Shown: positions 60,367 through 64,000 of the stretch, one piece after another | Numbering within the stretch: the first letter of the stretch is position 1 | Layout: every line of letters begins with the position of its first letter | Assembly (NCBI GenBank): GCA_001662655.1 | Contig: KV460216.1 | Reading direction: 5' to 3' (one strand) | Length of the DNA stretch: 64,000 bases | From: Pseudogymnoascus verrucosus | Taxonomy: Eukaryota | The notes under the pieces: model-generated | Database searches by the model: none | What the model was told of the DNA's origin: nothing | The model's input: only the letters and a program-made list of their open reading frames with translations | Translations under genes and position numbers: made by a program

Positions 60367-61914
60367 TCAAACTGGAGTCATGTTCAAGTCGGATCGCCCG
60401 ATGGTTCCAATGTCCACACACCGCTCCAGAACTGATTCCCTTATTCTTTCATCGGAAATCCCCATATGCTGCGGAAACCACTCCTTAATACTCTCCTCCT
60501 GTCCGAGTATCATCATTGCCAATGCCTTACCACACAGCCAGGCATTCACCATTCCCTCCCCCGAATACCCCACGCTCACCCATTCCGCTCCCTGTCCCGA
60601 CCCCCTCCCAGTCAAAGACCCAGGCAGCTTTCCAACCCAAGGAAGCATGTCGACACTAAACCCCATATTCCCCGTCCACATGCTCTTCACCTTAAACCCA
60701 TCCCCCCCGACATTCTCAAACGCCTTCCCAAGGCCTTGCCTCAAATGCTCGGCAGCATTCTCATTTAACTCCGCATCGCTCGCGACACCCATCTCCACCA
60801 GGCCACTAAACCCTGCTTGCACAAATCCACCTCCGAACATCATCTCCCCTCCATCGTCCCATTCGCCCGCTTTAGTTTCTCTCTTCGGCAACTGTGTCAA
60901 GTAATCAAACCCAACATCATACTCAAAGCTCCACGACCTCTTTTCTCCCTGATGCGAAAATCCCTTTGGAGGGACCTGCGCCGACATCTGCCCGCGCAGC
61001 GGATAAACTCTCCCCCTAAATCCCGGAACAAGATGGCCAATATGGGCATTACTTGCGTGAATGACGTGCTTTGCTCTGATTTCACCCCTCGGCGTCGATA
61101 CAATGAAAAACCCATCCTCAGACACCGAAATACTCGTCGCAGGGGTATGTGCACAAACATGGAAGCCCTCATCATCACGCTTCAGGTTAGCCAGCACACC
61201 AGATACAAAACGATACGGCCACATAGCTCCGGCTTTCCCCTTGATAATGCCATATGCCCCCGGTACCCCCATTGACTGCATCTCTTCGGGCCCCTCAGTG
61301 GTCTTGCAAGCATCCACTTCGCCTCCAAAGTCCTCCTTAAACCCTTTAACTGCCGCTTTGCCCCTTTCCCATCCTTTCTCCCCAAAGAACACACAGGTAG
61401 ACTCCACAACTCTCATCCCACACTCTTTGCCGAGTCCCTCCTCAGCAACAACACGCATGAACTCGTCCACGTGCGCCATCCGGAAGCGCGTGATCTTCTT
61501 CGCTTCCTCCCGCCCGTACCGCGTCACTAGATCCCCATACTCCTCCCATCCAACTTCATTCACGTGGCCTCCGTTACGGCCTGTGGCACCACTGCATATA
61601 TCGCGAGCGTCGAGAAGGACGATGGGATTTTGTTTCTTGTCTTGTTTCGATAGCGAGGCGCGGTGGGATCGGACTAGGTGCCGTGCGATGGAGGTACCGG
61701 TTATGCCAGAGCCGATGATGACAATTTCAGCATCTGGAGATGGGGGCAAGGGGGGTGTAGAGAAGGCCGGGTGAAGAGGTGAGAGCCAGAACGACGACGT
61801 TGCTGGGGGCGATGTGGTGGGGAGTCCGGGGTCAGAGAGGATTCGTGTTATGGCTTCTGACTTTGCGGTGGAGGGGATGCCAGGATAAGAGAGTAAGGGG
61901 AGTATAAACGACAT
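60367..61914 (-). CDS. FAD-dependent oxidoreductase (DAO family)
   Basis: IIGSGITG, CSGATGRNGGH, PLRGQMSAQ, WTGNMGFSVD, GYSGEGM. Confidence 0.9.
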   Translation of the reverse strand: MSFILPLLSYPGIPSTAKSEAITRILSDPGLPTTSPPATSSFWLSPLHPAFSTPPLPPSPDAEIVIIGSGITGTSIARHLVRSHRASLSKQDKKQNPIVLLDARDICSGATGRNGGHVNEVGWEEYGDLVTRYGREEAKKITRFRMAHVDEFMRVVAEEGLGKECGMRVVESTCVFFGEKGWERGKAAVKGFKEDFGGEVDACKTTEGPEEMQSMGVPGAYGIIKGKAGAMWPYRFVSGVLANLKRDDEGFHVCAHTPATSISVSEDGFFIVSTPRGEIRAKHVIHASNAHIGHLVPGFRGRVYPLRGQMSAQVPPKGFSHQGEKRSWSFEYDVGFDYLTQLPKRETKAGEWDDGGEMMFGGGFVQAGFSGLVEMGVASDAELNENAAEHLRQGLGKAFENVGGDGFKVKSMWTGNMGFSVDMLPWVGKLPGSLTGRGSGQGAEWVSVGYSGEGMVNAWLCGKALAMMILGQEESIKEWFPQHMGISDERIRESVLERCVDIGTIGRSDLNMTPV

Positions 61915-62524
61915 CGCACTCTAGGCAGTGGTTTGTAGTTGTTGTGTCGTGCTCGAGATGGAGATGTGGATATGAGGTGATGTGGGGTCTACTGGTGGAG
62001 ACAGCGGATAGAAGCGGGAGAGGCGTTTACTCTTTACAAAGTATATTATTGCTATCTCTCTATATTCAACAGGGAAAACCTTGTCACAAAGTCCAACGTA
62101 ACAGGATAAAATACCCGATTTGACGGAAAAGACAGATAGCAAACAAATGTGTCGAAGTAAGCGATTGGGCAATAAAAGTCCCTTCGAAATTACCCTGAGG
62201 CGTGGATCTATTGTGAGGAATTTTGCGTAGTACAAGTTCGTAACGGCACTGTAATTATCATAGTGCAGTCAATCGACACTGTTCTGCAAATTGGAATATG
62301 GCGTCCTAAAGATTACTTAGTAAATGTCGTAAATATATAGTTTTTTTTATTTACATAGAGCTCTAGAAGGTACATTAATATTTTGAAAGAGATAGAAATG
62401 TAAAAAAGGTTGCATCCAGCAGAGCTGGTAAAAGACCGGACGAAGTGAACTGGGAGCTAATTTTACTTACTGAATAGCTACTAATAACGTAGCGAGTAAA
62501 GTTGGAATCTATTACAAAATATTA

Positions 62525-63063
62525 TTAAGGATGCTGCTCCTCAATATGTCGTTTGCAATTGTCAGATCTTGAAAACATCTTCCCGCAGTTTGTAAAGTAG
62601 AATGTGAATGTGCTGTTGCAGTGAACGTTGTCTATATGGCGTTGGCGATCTTTACGGGAAGAGAACCCCGTGGTATAATTACAGCCGGAAATGGTGCAGT
62701 CGAAGGGGCGTTCGTGGGCCTTTGAATGCTTCCTTTGCAAGGTTCAATGATAGGGCTTAAGTATAGATTGGCGGACTTACTTCCGATCGCAGAGACGTTT
62801 AAATCCTTTTTGACAAGAGTCACACTTGTGAGGGTAGTCGTGAGTTGCTGCGTGCTTTCTTTCAAAAAGTCAATAGTTGTATGTTTGGTGTGGCTTTGGC
62901 GTACTTACTCTAGATCGCGGCGACACATAAGTTTTTCTGGGCAGATATCACAGTTTAAGTTCGGACTCTTCCGTCTCCTCCTTGGCACTGGATTGCGAGA
63001 TGTCTCACTAGAGTCACCTAAAACTCGTGCTTCCTGTGTGGAATTGACTGTTTCGAGAACCAT
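62525..63063 (-). pseudogene. Four-finger C2H2 zinc-finger gene, probably a 5'-degraded relic
   Basis: CDIC..KHAATH, CDSC..KHSKAH, CTISGC..RHIDNVH and a fourth finger whose first Cys is replaced by Tyr (TAC); two introns; stops in the frame upstream of ATG 63063. Confidence 0.65.
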
Positions 63064-63403
63064 AGAGTGTGGCGTGCCGGTATTTAGTTGATGGACAGGA
63101 TATGAAGATAAGAAGGCTTCCCAGAACTGGCCGTGTTACCCCCGTGGACCAAATCTTGGGATATGGGAATTTACCTGTTATGTGCAAATGAACCTTGTGT
63201 TGGAGTGGAAAATGAACAAACTGCATTTAAAGGTGTTCCAAAGTAAGGGTTTGTTGGAAGAAGGCTTGGTGCCTGAGTGTGAACCAGCTCGCCAGTGCGA
63301 CTCAGCTCCAATGTTTGAAACAAGGGATCCCCTTGTGGTAGTGGACTTTTATAGAACAGGTGAGATTCTGTACAAAATATAATGATTCATACTGACTCAG
63401 CAG

Positions 63404-63693
63404 ATCTTGATGATGACACAAGACATAATCTACTGGGAGGACATGGCTACTCTTCTAATTACACCGATGGCGACATCTTTCGTCAGGTGCGCCGCTGTCA
63501 AGTCTCTGCTGATGAACTGGGAGAAAGGCAATAGAGAGCCAAGCTCTCACCTACTAAAAACTGGGACTTAAAGCAACTATTGAAACGAGGAATTATTCTT
63601 AACGCTTTAGACTCTCTTCTTCCAATAAAGGGGCTATTGGGAGACTTCCATCTAGGATCGTTAGATATTATTCTTCACATGAGAATCGACGAG
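63404..63693 (+). pseudogene. DUF3723-like exon fragment
   Basis: LDDDTRHNLLGGHGYSSNYTDGDIFRQVRRC...GERQ*RAKLSPTK..LKQLL...ALDSLLPIKGLLGDFHLGSL...RIDE, flanked by CTGAC..CAG and GTATGA; internal TAG. Confidence 0.7.
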
Positions 63694-63755
63694 GTATGAT
63701 TATTTACAGCCATTAGCGGTTTTATATGTTCACCTGTAAGGTTGGTACTTAGATT

Positions 63756-63970
63756 TTACATCGTGCAGGACAGCTATTCTAACAGTTTACAGTTGACATA
63801 ATGGCCTCTATTGAAAGGGAGACCTTAAACTGGCTCTGTAATAACCGGACCAAACTCTGCGCATACATTTATTCTATCTCTCGAGACGATGTGAATGCCG
63901 CTAATTTAGGTCGCCGCATTGTGTTACCCAGTAGCTTCGGAGTTAAGCAGTTACTGCAAGATGGCTTAGA
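63756..63970 (+). mobile_element. Helitron Rep-helicase N-terminal fragment
   Basis: LHRAGQLF*QFTVDIMASIERETLNWLCNNRTKLCAYIY...LGRRIVLPSSF..KQLLQDG matches the recalled Helitron_like_N consensus, with a stop and small deletions. Confidence 0.8.
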
Positions 63971-64000
63971 ACGGACTTAGAGACTTATTAGAGGCACCGC

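Noticed and set aside
60367..61914. Fructosyl-amine oxidase partner for the FN3K-AKR fusion
   Set aside because: The GATGRNGGH signature indicates the generic DAO-like family rather than amadoriases; no evidence of a functional link.

Overview
Intron-containing genomic DNA from a filamentous ascomycete (GT-AG introns with CTRAC branch points, RIP-type mutation); the genus cannot be fixed from sequence alone. Positions 1-41.4 kb are mostly ordinary genes: tRNA-Asp, 2EXR protein, two GH43s, a BBE-like FAD oxidase, a Kelch membrane protein, an alpha/beta hydrolase, an Upc2-like TF next to an RTA1 gene, DPH2, a ZZ/EF-hand protein, a yapsin-like protease and mitochondrial EF-G. This part also holds an orphan ABA3-type non-canonical terpene cyclase, a 104-bp hAT-type MITE and a Cps1-like GT2 pseudogene. 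Positions 41.6-64 kb alternate core-looking genes with accessory islands. These carry a degenerate Zn2Cys6 gene, a double-DUF6590 protein, a fructosamine-kinase/aldo-keto-reductase FUSION gene, a lipase-NACHT-WD40 NLR, a complete RIP-mutated Ginger-type DNA transposon, and C2H2, DUF3723 and Helitron relics. Best candidate for a new system: the FN3K-AKR fusion, a possible single-polypeptide deglycation plus dicarbonyl-detoxification enzyme, although its last splice junction is non-canonical. Family assignments come from recalled motifs, not database searches.
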